Assembly (NCBI GenBank): GCA_051362555.1
Contig: CM120642.1
Location: 13,330,001 to 13,394,000 of the forward strand
From: Lingula anatina
Taxonomy: Eukaryota > Animalia > Brachiopoda
Direction: 5' to 3'
DNA length: 64,000 nt
Part shown: positions 13,001-25,970 of the stretch, piece by piece
Layout of the letters: each line of letters starts with the position of its first letter
How positions within the stretch are numbered: position 1 is the stretch's first letter
Notes under the pieces: model-generated
Seen by the model: only the letters and a program-made list of their open reading frames with translations
Databases searched by the model: none
Told to the model about the DNA's origin: nothing
Program-made: the position numbers and the translations under genes

Positions 13001-15357
13001 AATAAAGTGCATGTATTCATGCATTTACATTATGATACTTTTAAGATGCATTTACAGTACAGAATGACCAAGACTGTAAACAGAGTTAACCACATCATTT
13101 GATAACACCAAATGACCAGGTTAGAAAAGGCTGCAGTAAATCTGGGTATTGCTTTGTAAAGCCACTCCAGTTTTGTTTGCTAAATTTCCCTTTGTATTTG
13201 AAACAGAAATTTAGAGAATGAGCCTCATTTATTTATACTGGTCACTTGGTGACATCAAATGTCACAGTTTAGTCTATTTGACATCTAAGATTGTTTTAGC
13301 GAATTCCCTTTTATGCACATCAAATGAAATTATTTTTTCTATACATTTGCAGCGTCACTATGATCATGATGTTGAAAACATAATACTAGGCTTGCTGCAG
13401 TGTGACACTGATCTCTGTATTGATCTTATAGTTCGAACTGCTAACACATTGCAATGGAAGATTTCTGTTTTAAATTTATGTTCTGCTGAACAAAAAGAAG
13501 TAAGAATTCTCAGTTTCTGCCAAAAAACAAAAATATGAAATGTTTGTGTTTGTAAAAAAGAGAGTTGACTTTTTCTTGAAAGTCTTGGCTAAATGGGCTT
13601 TTAAAATCATATCTCTAGCACCCAGAGTATCCAGACAAAAAGGAAGTTAGAGCACACAAAATGATAAACCAAAACCATGGATCACTTGCATCTGCTCTTG
13701 CTAGCATAATGTTTTTGCCTATTTTTCAACAATGAGGTGTGCTGCTCTAGAATTTTGAACTTGCATGCAAATCAGTTCTAGTAGGTCTTCAGTGATCAGC
13801 TGGGAAGTTCATATGCAAAGAACATAATATGTAAGACACCATTCACACAGATTTTAGATCGATCTATCCCTGTGGGAGTCTCACTAGATTACTGTCAGCT
13901 TAGCCGGCATAAGCTTCTGTCCCGCCTATTTAAAGCTGTAAGGGGGTAATTAACTGTTTTGCGCGCTCGGCTGACTGCAATTTAGCGTGAACCCCCAGGG
14001 GGTTAGGTCAATCCGGATGGATCGATCTAAATCTCTGGGAATGCACTCTAACACAGTGGCGATATCTTTGTAAAGCTACACTGTAACCATACTTATGCAA
14101 CCCATAATGCAGCAATGTTGCAATTTTGTAACATTGTAGCAGCAATGAAGCAATGCTGTATCAAAATAATGCAGTATTTATGTTGTATATCATTAATGTC
14201 AATACCTCAAAGCATGAAAAATGAATGAAGTTTTTGAGATCCATCTTCTTAATGTCTTACGTCCATAACAAAAAAGAAAATGATTAAGACATGCTTATGA
14301 GTACTGAGTGAATTGGACTGTTTTGCTTCCTTTTTGTACAATAAGTCCTCCAAATTCGATTTCTTCAAAAACATTTATATTTATTCATTTATCTGTTTAT
14401 CTTGTTTATTTTCATTTCTATTTTGTGTGTTTGTCAACGTGTGTGTGCATGCGTGTGTTTTCACAAATCCTAACTCGTTAACTAATTGATCAAGAAGTTT
14501 AATTTAAAGTTCCAATATCCAAATCATTAACAACTGATAGAAATGATAAAATAATATAACCAAAATATGAAAACTTGTAAACATTTAAGATGCCTATTAT
14601 CAATATTGCTTTTTATCATGCAGAAAATAATGCTTGTAAAATAATATCAATTGCTTGTAAGTGGATGTATGCAGATGCTTTAATTTGTGAAAGGAACCTA
14701 AATTCAAGCAAGCTCTGTCCTTCACTAGTCTTGGGGTCAGCAATACTTCTATCAAAGACATTTCATGTTGTATAAGTGGACACAGAAAACCCAATGATGG
14801 CACATTCGACATTCAAAATACTTCGACTGACAACTTATTTTCAATTACAACAGCGATACTTAGCAATGTTTTTTTTATGAATATGAAAATAATTGTTTGC
14901 CAAAAAACAGTGAAGGACAGATATGTAACTTTGGAGCATTCCTGAACATAAAGCTTTCTCAAGGGAAAAAGGATGAATGAAATAAAATGCTGAACATAAG
15001 TCAAACTGTGTGAAAGGTGTTTAAATAAGGACCTGTAGTCAGGAGGGATTTAGAAGATCCTCAACCCTGGAGTTCAAATAAAACATGGACATTAGGATAA
15101 ATAGGGGTCAAACATAGGATTAGGTACAGATTATTACAATAACATACAATATTGGCAAAATCATACAACTTGGACCTGAACAACTGCTACCAATTTCGTA
15201 AAAGTATTCTTTTAAAATGGGTTTATACATGTAAGGAAAATATCATTTCATTAGAAAAGTGAAAAAAGATTTATATACACTTTTCCTGTGTTTTTCAGAA
15301 TAAATTTGATACCTATCTTACTCTTCTCTTATAAATGATTATCAGTTTTCTATCAGT

Positions 15358-15414
<57 letters not shown>

Positions 15415-18400
15415 AACAACAACAACAACGATAAAACGAAGTGATGATACACAATGACAAATATTTTTTCTCTATAATACAACAAAAAGTGTCATAACTG
15501 TGCATCATACATATGCCAACATGTTCATTCCTTCATTTTAATTCATAAAACCAATTATAGGATTCCTTTTTGTGTTGTTTTGGGGGTCACAGTTACAGTG
15601 ACCACAATTTTAGCAACTGAAAGGTCCAAATTAACCTTTACTGGTTCAAATTTGTTGAAAACCCTTACATAGCTGAATTTGGACAACATGAAATCCTATT
15701 ATGTCAACCTTGGAAAAGGCGGTCAATTTCTTTTTCATTTTTAGATTTGACTAATTTTCTATGGCATCAATGATATGTTAGCATTAATATATATTTTTTT
15801 TATTTTCTCAAGCAAAAATATATGACCCTTGGTGATGAGTCAAAATTGGCAAAAATGTATTGCTCTAGTAATATGTAAATGTAGTTATTTGATGCTGTTG
15901 GACTGAAATATATGACAATCTCCATCATATAACATATATAGTTTTCAGAAAATAGTTTAAAAACTGTACATAAGGATGAAACTAAGCACTTGGACTAGCA
16001 AAATTTATGACCTCCATATCAAAACCCTGCAAAACATTCTGAGCAACACAACAACATCAACAAATACAAACATATTGAGACATTTTATCCTTTTATAGGT
16101 TTAAACTACACTGACTTCATGCAAATTGCATATCACATGGTGAGTTTACCCTATGTACCTTTAAACTTCTTGGCAGTTTTCTTTTCTTCTTTATGTTCTC
16201 TTTTTGGACTAGATTTTGGGGGTGGCTCTTCATTCACACTGGGCAGCACAGGCGTGGCAGGTCGAGGCTAAGAGAAGGGAAAAAAGTAACATTTTAACTT
16301 ACATTTACACCAGAAAAACACTAATACCTCTATTAGCTTAACAGTATATTTTATATCCCTGTTTAACATATTAATTATATTTAAGTATCTCTTTTACATT
16401 TCATTGTTATTTGGTCTTAAACATAACACAGTGACTGCAATTTACTTTTTCACAATAAATAAATAAATAAATAAATAAATCTAAATGCATATTTATTTCA
16501 TGTGAGCTAACAAACTGAAATTAGAGAGAAGCAAAAGATGACGTAAATACACCATTTCTGCAAAGCATGGACAAATACAGTAAGATGTCTTTTAAAATAT
16601 ATCAAGTTGTAAATCCTTAAGGCACACAAGACAACAGTCATATAAAGAAATCTAGTTTACCTCACTTTTCTGTGGGCTGCGGAACTGGGATGAAGCTCGC
16701 CTTGACTTAGGTCTGATGGCCATCTTGTGTCTGGCAGCCACATTACCAAGAGCTGATGTCTGCTTTACTGCATCTAAGTCTACATCTTTGGCTTGAATGC
16801 CATCTTGAAGGAGACCAGGAATTATGTAATTATATACAGTTTATAATTTATATGGGGGGAAATGTCCATTTCTGGTTGTCCAAATATATATTGAAGGTCC
16901 CTTTGTTTTTCATACCAATTTCTGTTGATTTTTTTTCTCTTCTCTCTGCACATTTATCTTAGGGATGCATAATATACCTCACAAATAATTTTTAATAATT
17001 TGATAAAATTGTCTTCAACTTCTTATTTCTGATAAATTACATCTGAATTACCTGCTAAGGATTGCAAAACAATAAAGAGTACAGTATTGTGTTCAGTTCT
17101 GCCCAAAGACTTCTTATTAACTTTATCAAGTGATTGTTTGAGTTGCACTTACCCTCACTGCTTTCCTTTTTGGCAGGACTAAAAGCAGGCTTGGGAAGAT
17201 GGTAAAATTCCTAAGTAATTCAATTTTCATATAGTTAGCTCAATTATTCAATGTCTTCTTTTTAGAAAATAATGACAGTTGATGCCTCTTATATTTCTAA
17301 TGATGATCGATGCACTGACTAGTTAACAATCTCTCTGATCTTAAATTCCCAAGAAATGAAATAATTGCTGGGGCAAATATGCTTATAATATTAGTGCATC
17401 AAGCGAGTGTGTTACCACAATGCAATGACTCAGAACATGCAAATCATAAAACAACCTTTTAACTGAACCTGCAGTGGTCACAAAAATCTTGGTTTCGAAA
17501 AACGCTGACTACTTTAAGATGCAGTTTCTCAAACCAATCAATATAACACAGGACCCTCGTGTCTGCCCCTCTTCTTTACTTTTTGAAGCACAGTTTAAGT
17601 TGCATGTGTTTTTATACCAGTCTGTTAACTGCAGGGGTTGCCATTTATAGACAAATCAGTGACCATACCCAAAGCAGCAATCCCTTCTTCTTTGCCTAAA
17701 CCTTTCTTCCACAAGCATTCCCCTTTTGGTGTCAGTCTTTAAGTAACCTTCATGGCCACACTTGCTACCGATTTGTATAATATAAAGAGTATACTTCACT
17801 CTTTTTTCAATTTCCCCTGGCCTTTACACCCCCCCTCCCAAAAAAAAAGAGGCTCTCCATGCTTTCAGGGATCGAATTTTTGAAGGGAGCCTTATCCCAA
17901 ATGACCAAAATGACCCTCAGTTCAATTCATTTCTCATTTTAAAACTTTATCCAAAACACCCCCTTTTCAAACAGCGTCTTGTCCAGGTTCCCTATTATTT
18001 CAATGGCACCCAAACTCTTCTCCATCCCCATGCCCTTACACATCTTCAACAATTGCCAGGTTGTCAGTGCATCCCAAATTAATTTATAGAGCGATGTAAC
18101 CCTTACCACCCTACCCCATCTTTAATCATCCATTGTCTATATCAATCTGTATCTTTCCCTTAGCTGTTCTTGCCTCCTGGACATATGACTTCTAGGGCAC
18201 CAAAACTCTATCCCAACCAGTATGCCTCCCCTCCCCTCCCCACCCCCGTCTCTTTCCAATCCCCCAATGTCTACCTCTATATCGTCCTCCGAGCTGTCCA
18301 TGCTTCCCAAGCTTCTACGACTTGTAGAGTGCCCAGTTCTCTTGAGCTGGGGGAGAAGATATATATGAAAGCGTGATGCAGCTGTGTTCATGCAGATCCA

Positions 18401-21400
18401 ATGATATGAGCAATATCCTCAGTGCTCTCCACAATAATACCAAACAATATGTGCTTCCACTCTCCACTCTATTACTCATCCCTCCCCAGGGCCGTGCTAT
18501 CCTGATAGAGGCTTTTAACAAGAGTAATCAATATCTTGGCTGATTAAACTCAGATCAGATTCTGTGAAGTGCAAATGCACAGGAGTCCAGTATTTATCCT
18601 TTTACCATTGTGTGGAAAAGTTTGGCCAATTGTTACAAATAATATTGACTGAATAATATGATAAATATGACATCATCATATAACTTAATAAAAATCACCA
18701 AAAGTCCGATTTAGGAGGAAATGTTTTAGAAAATATGTAGCCAAATGCACAGAGCCCAGAAATCAGTATAATGGAGAGTAAGAGCACATTGTTATTTGTA
18801 TATAATGGAGAACTCTGGGAAACATATAGCGAACAATTAGCATCATGTCTGGAGTAGGTGTGAGTAGCAAGCTGTGGGAAGGGATTATCACCATGATCTG
18901 TATTAATAAAAATACTAATTAAGACCAGATACCTGATGTGTTAATTATAAACTGTATTTACTGTTTTGCTTAATGAAACAGTATAATTTGCATCTTGTCT
19001 TATTAAAAGGTAAATATAAAACTGATGCAAATTCATTATTGCATTTTTTGAAAATACATTACTTTCCATCCATTAACTTCTCAACATATCTTCAGAATAT
19101 GTGGGAAATCTCTTTTCAAAACATCTATGTGCTAGCTCTATTAAGTCAGAATTTCTTTTAAAAAAACTACTTATTTCCATTAAAGAAAAGATGATTACTT
19201 CCATCAAAATTATTAAATTAATTTATAAACAAACGAATAAATAGACACATTTATAAATAAGACATGATTACATCACTTTCTACTGAGTCGTTTTGTTGAC
19301 AATTTTCTTTTAAAATAAAAAAAAATCATTCTGTGCTTGGTCTGTTCAGACCAGGGATTAACTTTTAAAAAGATGCCTGACTAAGTTGCATCATCAGGAA
19401 ATTCAAAACACTCAGCACAATGGAACTTCTCTGCATGAATATTACACATACATTACCAGAGCACCCAACTATGCCTAATGATGCAAGTTTGAATTGGCGC
19501 TTGTCTAAACAGGCCTTTTAAACTCCCTTCTCTCTTTGCATTAAACTCTGTCATCATCACCATCATCACGCTACCATGCTTCCTCTTCACTGCACAATCA
19601 ATCAATACCTCATGATTCCATGCAAAAACTCAAGCTACGTTACCATGGCAACAAAATGCTTCTTGATGGGATTCGAGCACTACATCAAGCACAGAGATGA
19701 CTTAATGTGAATGCTTGCAATGGAGTACTTTTCTATACATGCCATGTTCTGTCTGACTGGCTATGTATGTGAGCTATCATCATTAATAAACAAATGCTCC
19801 TTTTTTCAATGTAAGTTCTGTACTACAATATAACCATTAAAACCGTTCAATGCAGTAACTTTTATAACCTAAGGGATAACTCAGTGGCACATGACTAAAA
19901 TTCATTTACCTAATTAACAAGAGAAAAACTCATGTCACTTCACTAATCGTTTCTTTCTCCTTCTTATAAGCATGCATGTACCAAAGTACACAGCTATCAA
20001 TATCTATAACAACTGCATTATCAAATGCTTCATGCATTATATTACATTTTCATATCCTAAGAGCAAGACCCACTACCAGTATGCTTAATCTCCTATTTCA
20101 GACATTGTGGCGCTGGCTCTTGACAGTGTATGTTTTGCACACAGAAATTTATATTTCTGTGTTGATGTTTTAAAATATATTTTTTGTTCTTATTTAAAAA
20201 CTTTTCATGTGCAAAACTGAATAACAATTTGGTGGATGCTGGTGCAATAAACTCAAAGAAATCATGCTAATTGTTCTGGTGTTACACATGGTATTGTAAT
20301 ATTTATAACTAAGCTGTTAAGATGAACCATGCAGGTAATAAAATAATTGATTTAAAACATGCAAAATTCAAATTATGTCCAATTCCCAAATATAGATACA
20401 TAAAAAGCTAAAAATTTACAATGATGCACAATAACAACACATGATATCAATTAATGAATATTAATGAATATTTGGTAATTCTGTAATGTATGACTTCAAT
20501 ACAAATGACTATGTAAAATCCTGTAAAATAGTCTAGTCTGTTTGCAGTTGCTAGATAGTGTGGGCCATTGTGTTAGGTGTGCCAGGTTGTGACAGGGCAC
20601 AATGTGTTAGTTGTCTTTGGTTGTGACACAGCCCACTGAAGCTACTCACATTGATTGCCTGAGTATTTAAAGCCTCTAAAGACAAAGCTGCTTCCTTCAG
20701 GTCTCTGACCTCACTGGTTTTCTTCTGGTCTGGAGAGAAGATGCTGTCTGCCGACAGACTCAGATTACCTGCAAGGGTAACGGGTCTGAAAACGCACAAA
20801 ACTTGATAAATTAATGCAGTTCATAGAAGTTTTCATTTTAACATTTTTATATGTATTGTTATTTGTGGTATAGTGGTCGTTATAGGAATGGTATGAGGAA
20901 TTATTTTCCATACCATGGAGACATCCTTACAATGCTAAAATTGTTTACAAACACCAAATGATCAACTTCTGTAAAAATAATAGCAGCAATTAGTAACATA
21001 ATTTTCTTCAGTCAAAAGCTTCATAACATTATTTCTACTCTAATGTGAAGAAAATATTTCAGTGCATAACACAGCTGTTGAACATTCTTCACTGGATGAC
21101 AGCAATGAGCTCTTCACTAAAATGTCACTGATCAAAGTACATAAGGAATATGCCAAGTGTCCAAGAACTACCTTTCTTCTCCTGCTTTTACATGTAACAG
21201 TTCACTTGTGGATTTAGCAGAGCGTACAGCAACTATGCTGACAGCCTGGTCATCTGACGTCTTGCTGCGTTTACGGCCCATGAAGAAACGCCTCATGGCC
21301 TTCAGAGGCTTAAACTTTCTCTTCTTCCCCTCTTGTTTGCCATCACTTGCTATAATATCAATACCAGAATGTAAGCCACAAGAGTAATGATTTGAAAAAT

Positions 21401-21731
21401 CCACACCTGTTTTTTTTATAGATGAGTTAAGAACACCCACCCCTCATCAAAGCAACTACACCACTTCAATATTTGTACTTATTCTGACATGAAGTTTGAG
21501 CATCCCCTGGAATGTTTACTGATAAACTCCCGGATACTCTTACCAAGTAATATATTTTCATGCATGAAAAATCTAGAAATTATTAGAAATGAGACTTATC
21601 GCCTTCCAGCTTTTTTAAAGTTTTAAGAGAGCACTTGGTGGGAAATGACTACCTTGTGTGGTGTCCTGGGGTTTGTCCTCATCTTCTGACTGCTTTCCTA
21701 CAGCGTCTCCCTCCTCCCCTCCAGACGCCAT
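10057..21731 (-). CDS. CRACD: CRACD/KIAA1211-like (DUF4592) capping-protein-inhibiting regulator of actin dynamics
   Basis: Coding exons (minus): 21731-21653 (MASGGEEG..), 21349-21172 (KKRKFKPLKAMRRFFMGRKR), 20785-20650 (NLSLSADSIFSPD), probable 18346-18275 (SMDSSEDDIE), probable 17178-17153, 16803-16661 (DLDAV..LGNVAARHKMAIRPKSRR), 16267-16159, 12597-10547 (large low-complexity exon with DPPWVAMAKKR), 10188-10057. Motifs match the recalled KIAA1211 blocks KKSKF..FKKFFG, ALSHDSIF, LDNSAAKHKLAVKPK and PPWLALAKRK. Exon phasing between 18275 and 17178 is unresolved. Confidence 0.8.
13833..14051. mobile_element. MITE-like element with long imperfect terminal inverted repeats
   Basis: Left CATTCACACAGATTTTAGATCGATCTATCC pairs with right GGATGGATCGATCTAAATCTCTGGGAATG. 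The inner arms CTAGATTACTGTCAGC / GCTGACTGCAATTTAG also pair. A related fragment lies at ~49264-49310. Confidence 0.6.
15361..15429. repeat. (CA)n followed by (CAA)n microsatellite
   Basis: Direct reading. Confidence 0.95.
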
Positions 21732-21752
21732 GATGCTACACTACACTACACC

Positions 21753-21861
21753 TGCTGACCTCTAGTGACTGTTCTTCTGTTCAATGCTGCCTCCTAGCGA
21801 CAATTCAGTTGTTTAATGCTGTCCTCTATGAAACTGCTTTTGCGTGCTGGCCCCTGGTGAC
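21753..21861. promoter_or_regulatory. Cluster of four CTCF-like motifs in the CRACD-like 5' UTR exon
   Basis: TGCTGACCTCTAGTGAC (21753), TGCTGCCTCCTAGCGAC (21785), TGCTGTCCTCTATGAAA (21817), TGCTGGCCCCTGGTGAC (21845). These resemble the reverse CTCF core GCCCYCTRGTGG. Confidence 0.4.
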
Positions 21862-24800
21862 AAATTCAGAGCTAGGAGCAGCAATTCCAGGATTGGGTGG
21901 GCTACACCACACAACTACTCCTCAATGCCTTTATTCTGTAAAATACAAATACAAACTAACATATAGTTAAACCAAGCTAAATGCATTTAAATATCACAAA
22001 TATTCAATTACAATTAAGTCATTAATATGATATGTCAAGGTAAGAAAATTTTTCACCTACAATTTGCAATCTACAATTATCATATCACTGCTTTATGCTT
22101 CTCAATAGTCATTAATCTTGAGTCAGACAAAAATGAAAAAAATCCAGTATCGAATGTGTGTTAACGACAATACCGAATTGTGTTAATGTATTTCCTGATA
22201 ATTAAAAAAAAGTTCCCAATAGCAAAGCCCCTGGTCACTGAGAATTGTAGTCTTAATGGAAGATTAACCTTTATTCCTCTCTATCAATAGAATACTCTTA
22301 CTTTCCATTTCACAACTGCTACAAAACCTTAGCCCTATATTTCATCACTGATCACCGGTCAATTTAAAATGTACACAGAAAATGTTTTTCACCATCAATT
22401 AAATCCCTGCATGACCCATAGTAATAAAACTTGGCCTTTCTCACACGAATAAAACTGGAAGTCACATTAAAAGCTTCCGACCCATAGCGCTCATTAATAT
22501 GGTCATATCTGTGCAAGTCTGCCTAATAGAACTTATGTATTGTAATCTAAGTGCATGACCAGTCGTAGGACATTAAGGTTCAGGTTATCTTCACAGTCAT
22601 ATTTATCCAATGTACTATCTACTATGGAAATATGGTTGAGTTCCTCTGTCACGACCTGTTATAACTTGACATGCCTGAGGTGTCAACCATGACACAGTAC
22701 AGTTAGGCCACAGTTAGTCATAATGCTAACACCTGCCCTTAAGACAGGGGCCCAGTGTCAGAACAGAACAAAACTGAAACCTTGGTCTGAACTCTTTGCT
22801 ATATGAAACAAAAACTTAGTCTGCTTTTATGTTAGATAGAGCAGTAGTCCTCCTAATGGGGCTATGAGAACTTTTTTCTAAAAGTGAGAAATGGCTTGCT
22901 TTAGACCAATCACTACTAGTACTTTAATTGTCTTGGCTGTTATTGGTCTATCCTGGTACATCAAGGTCCTAGCTGTCCTCAAACATGTATAAGAACAAAA
23001 AAAAAAAAAAAAGAGCAGAAAAGAAAATAAACAAAATAATTAGGCAAAAGAACTGGAGGGCATACGCCTTAAGTACACTAGACCACAGAACTGAAACCAC
23101 AAATTAATGGTACAGTCAATGAATATTCATATCTCTGTATCCACAAACAAGTCTGTTTTAAATATTTTGGCACGCAAACACAACAATATCAATACCATAT
23201 ACCTGTCTGATGCACTGAACACATGCCTTATGCTGAACTTGATTGCTTCTCTACAGCCACATGAAGTGGGGGGACCTTACATAACAAACTAAGTGTCTTA
23301 ATCCAGTGTGGTATTTATGCCACTGTTAGTAGGATTGAAAACTACAAAACACACCCACATTTGTATTACATCTATTATAACTATCTGGGTTTTCTTATCG
23401 TTAAGATCCAGGTAAATATCTTCACATAGTAAAGATTTTAGCCGATGGAATATGCGCAGATTGTATATGGGCCCTGAGCCTCAGATATAATATTGCTCTC
23501 TGACACATTATAGGTTATTTTGCAATTGGCAAAAAAAAATTGCCGAGCTGGGATGAGGAAAGTGACACAATTTCTCTAACCACACAGCACACTTCTAAGC
23601 ATTAAAATACTCCCAAAAGAACAACAATGCAGGTGTGATAAAGAGACTGCATTATCTCCAACAATGCCTATAAAAACTGTAAGACACATTAAGTTTTTTC
23701 AAAATGATATGGAACTGGCTTACTGGTATGCTTTAACAGTTAAGTCTATTGATATTTCTGCCGGAAGTCCATCAAATAACAGAATAAAATATGAAAGCCA
23801 TTACAGTGAAATGTGTTAAAATATGGCATGCCATTTCCCAAACATGTGACAAATATATCAATGTCCTTGAATATAACAGACAGGTAATAATTTTGACTGG
23901 TAGACATCAAATGTATGAAATGTATATAGAATTTACCACCTGGAGCTATGGGACAAAATCGGATGTTAAAAACACATAAATCAAACCAGTTTGCCACCTT
24001 CGTAATGTAAATGTGTAACTAGACAAGTATATCTAGAATTGTTTTTTTTCCTGGACCCACGTATTCACATACATGTAATACAGCCACATAATGGCAGTTT
24101 CACTTCTTTAAGAGACAGTGTTTGAATTTAGATGCTAAACATGTGACTCACAATATTTCCTAGCATCCTCAAAAATTTGTAATTTTATTCTAAGGTCACA
24201 ATTTCAACATACATAATCAAAAACTATTAGAAAAAAGTTATTGAGAGCACATCATTCTTCAATTGGTTTAAGCCCAGTGAACAGCTACATGCATTCCATG
24301 CATTTTTTACTTCAACCCTAAAAAGAAGTTTTTGAGCACAGGTAGTAATTTCATCTCTTAAAAGGAAGAAGCATCCATGGCCATCTGCACAGGTCACTTA
24401 AAAAAGAATATAGAAATACCTATTACAATGGCAATCCTATATTCTATCCCTATAAGGTATGACACACCTCCACCCCTTTTCATACCTTGATGAGTCTGAA
24501 CAATGAAAAAATAGCTATAAAGTACTTCACTGTACTACATGAATATCAACTAATAATACACTCCTCTTAAAATGCAAAAACTGTAATGCTGCCATTTTTA
24601 TATGCATTCTTTATGCCTATTTCATCTCTGATGAACACATCAGAGAACCATAAAAATGAAATGGCAGTGAAACTTAACTAGATACTCAACATATGATTAA
24701 AAATAAGGGAGAAACTTTGCAACCTTTTTGTCATATATGAATATGCAAGTTTCAAGTAGTTCAGATGAGGTGCTTTTTTCCTATTTTTTCCCATTAAATT

Positions 24801-25821
24801 AAACAGCAGGAGTAGAATGCTACAGATACAGAAAATTCAACAGTTTGAAAGTCCAATGGTTTAAAACTGCTTTAGTGCACCTATATAAAAGACATATTTG
24901 TAACAATGAAAGCCTTTAAGGATGGACAGTTGCCGTGATACCTGACACGGGCAGTCTTAATAGCTTGTAATTTTTCTTTCAAGGCACTTGAGATTGCATG
25001 ACAAAAGGACTGTGTATAAACTTGGTTGAATGAATAATCATTGTCAGTCATTTTTATTTTTCCCCCTTTTTTAGTTAACTGCAAGCCCAGCTCAAAAAAC
25101 AACTATGTCACAAAAACAGGGAGTCAATTTCTAAATTCAAATGATCTGAACCAACGATAGAGTATACATATGTAATTTAGGAGACAAATAACAGTGTATC
25201 ACAAAATGTTATTAACATAATGTTTTCTTCATATTAAGTACACTCTACAAGTGAGTACTACTACTAGTGTGTCCAAGTCATGCAGCCCGGGGTTTTGTGG
25301 TTTCCTTTATCTTGATGAGACACCGGTCACAAACAAAATGTGGTCAACTGTTTATCCTAACCTCCATAAATGACAATGACTTCGACATTCTAATACTTCC
25401 ATGTGGTGAATGCTTTATTGTCTTAATTATTATATTACGGAATAGATGAAGTGTTATGTGATTCATGACGGTAGGATTATCAACATTTGCTAATAAATTC
25501 TGGATATATATGCACCAGTAATGGTAACTATGGTTTGATCAAGTTTTATTACCTGTACCAGGCTGAATACATAAATTTACAAATATCTGGATATTTCATA
25601 TTCCACAGTACTACTACATACATTATAGCCAACTGGTCTCCTTAGCAAGTGGGTGTAATTCTTTTCATCTCTGTAGATCAAAGCTGATACCAAATCCGAA
25701 TTCTCCATAGGAACTGAACCAGGCCAAACATCAAATCTATCGATCTATTATTAGCATATTATCACTTCCAGGTATCATACTAGGTAATATATGTGGTCCA
25801 AATAATCATGGGGGCAGACAT

Positions 25822-25970
25822 CAGGCCCGTAGCCAAGGGGGGTTCGGGGGGTTAGAAAGAACCACCCTTTTTGCTGGGAAAAGGTCCACTCTGGGTACAA
25901 TTTGATCTATGTACTTGAGGATTTTATACTAAAAGGTCCACTTTTTCAGAAAACGGCTACGGCTACGGGC
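25822..25970. mobile_element. MITE (CAGGCCCGTAGC-terminated family), copy 1
   Basis: TIRs GCCCGTAGC...GCTACGGGC, internal AAAAGGTCCACT repeats, flanking direct repeat GCAGACAT. A related copy lies at 55109-55276. Confidence 0.7.
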
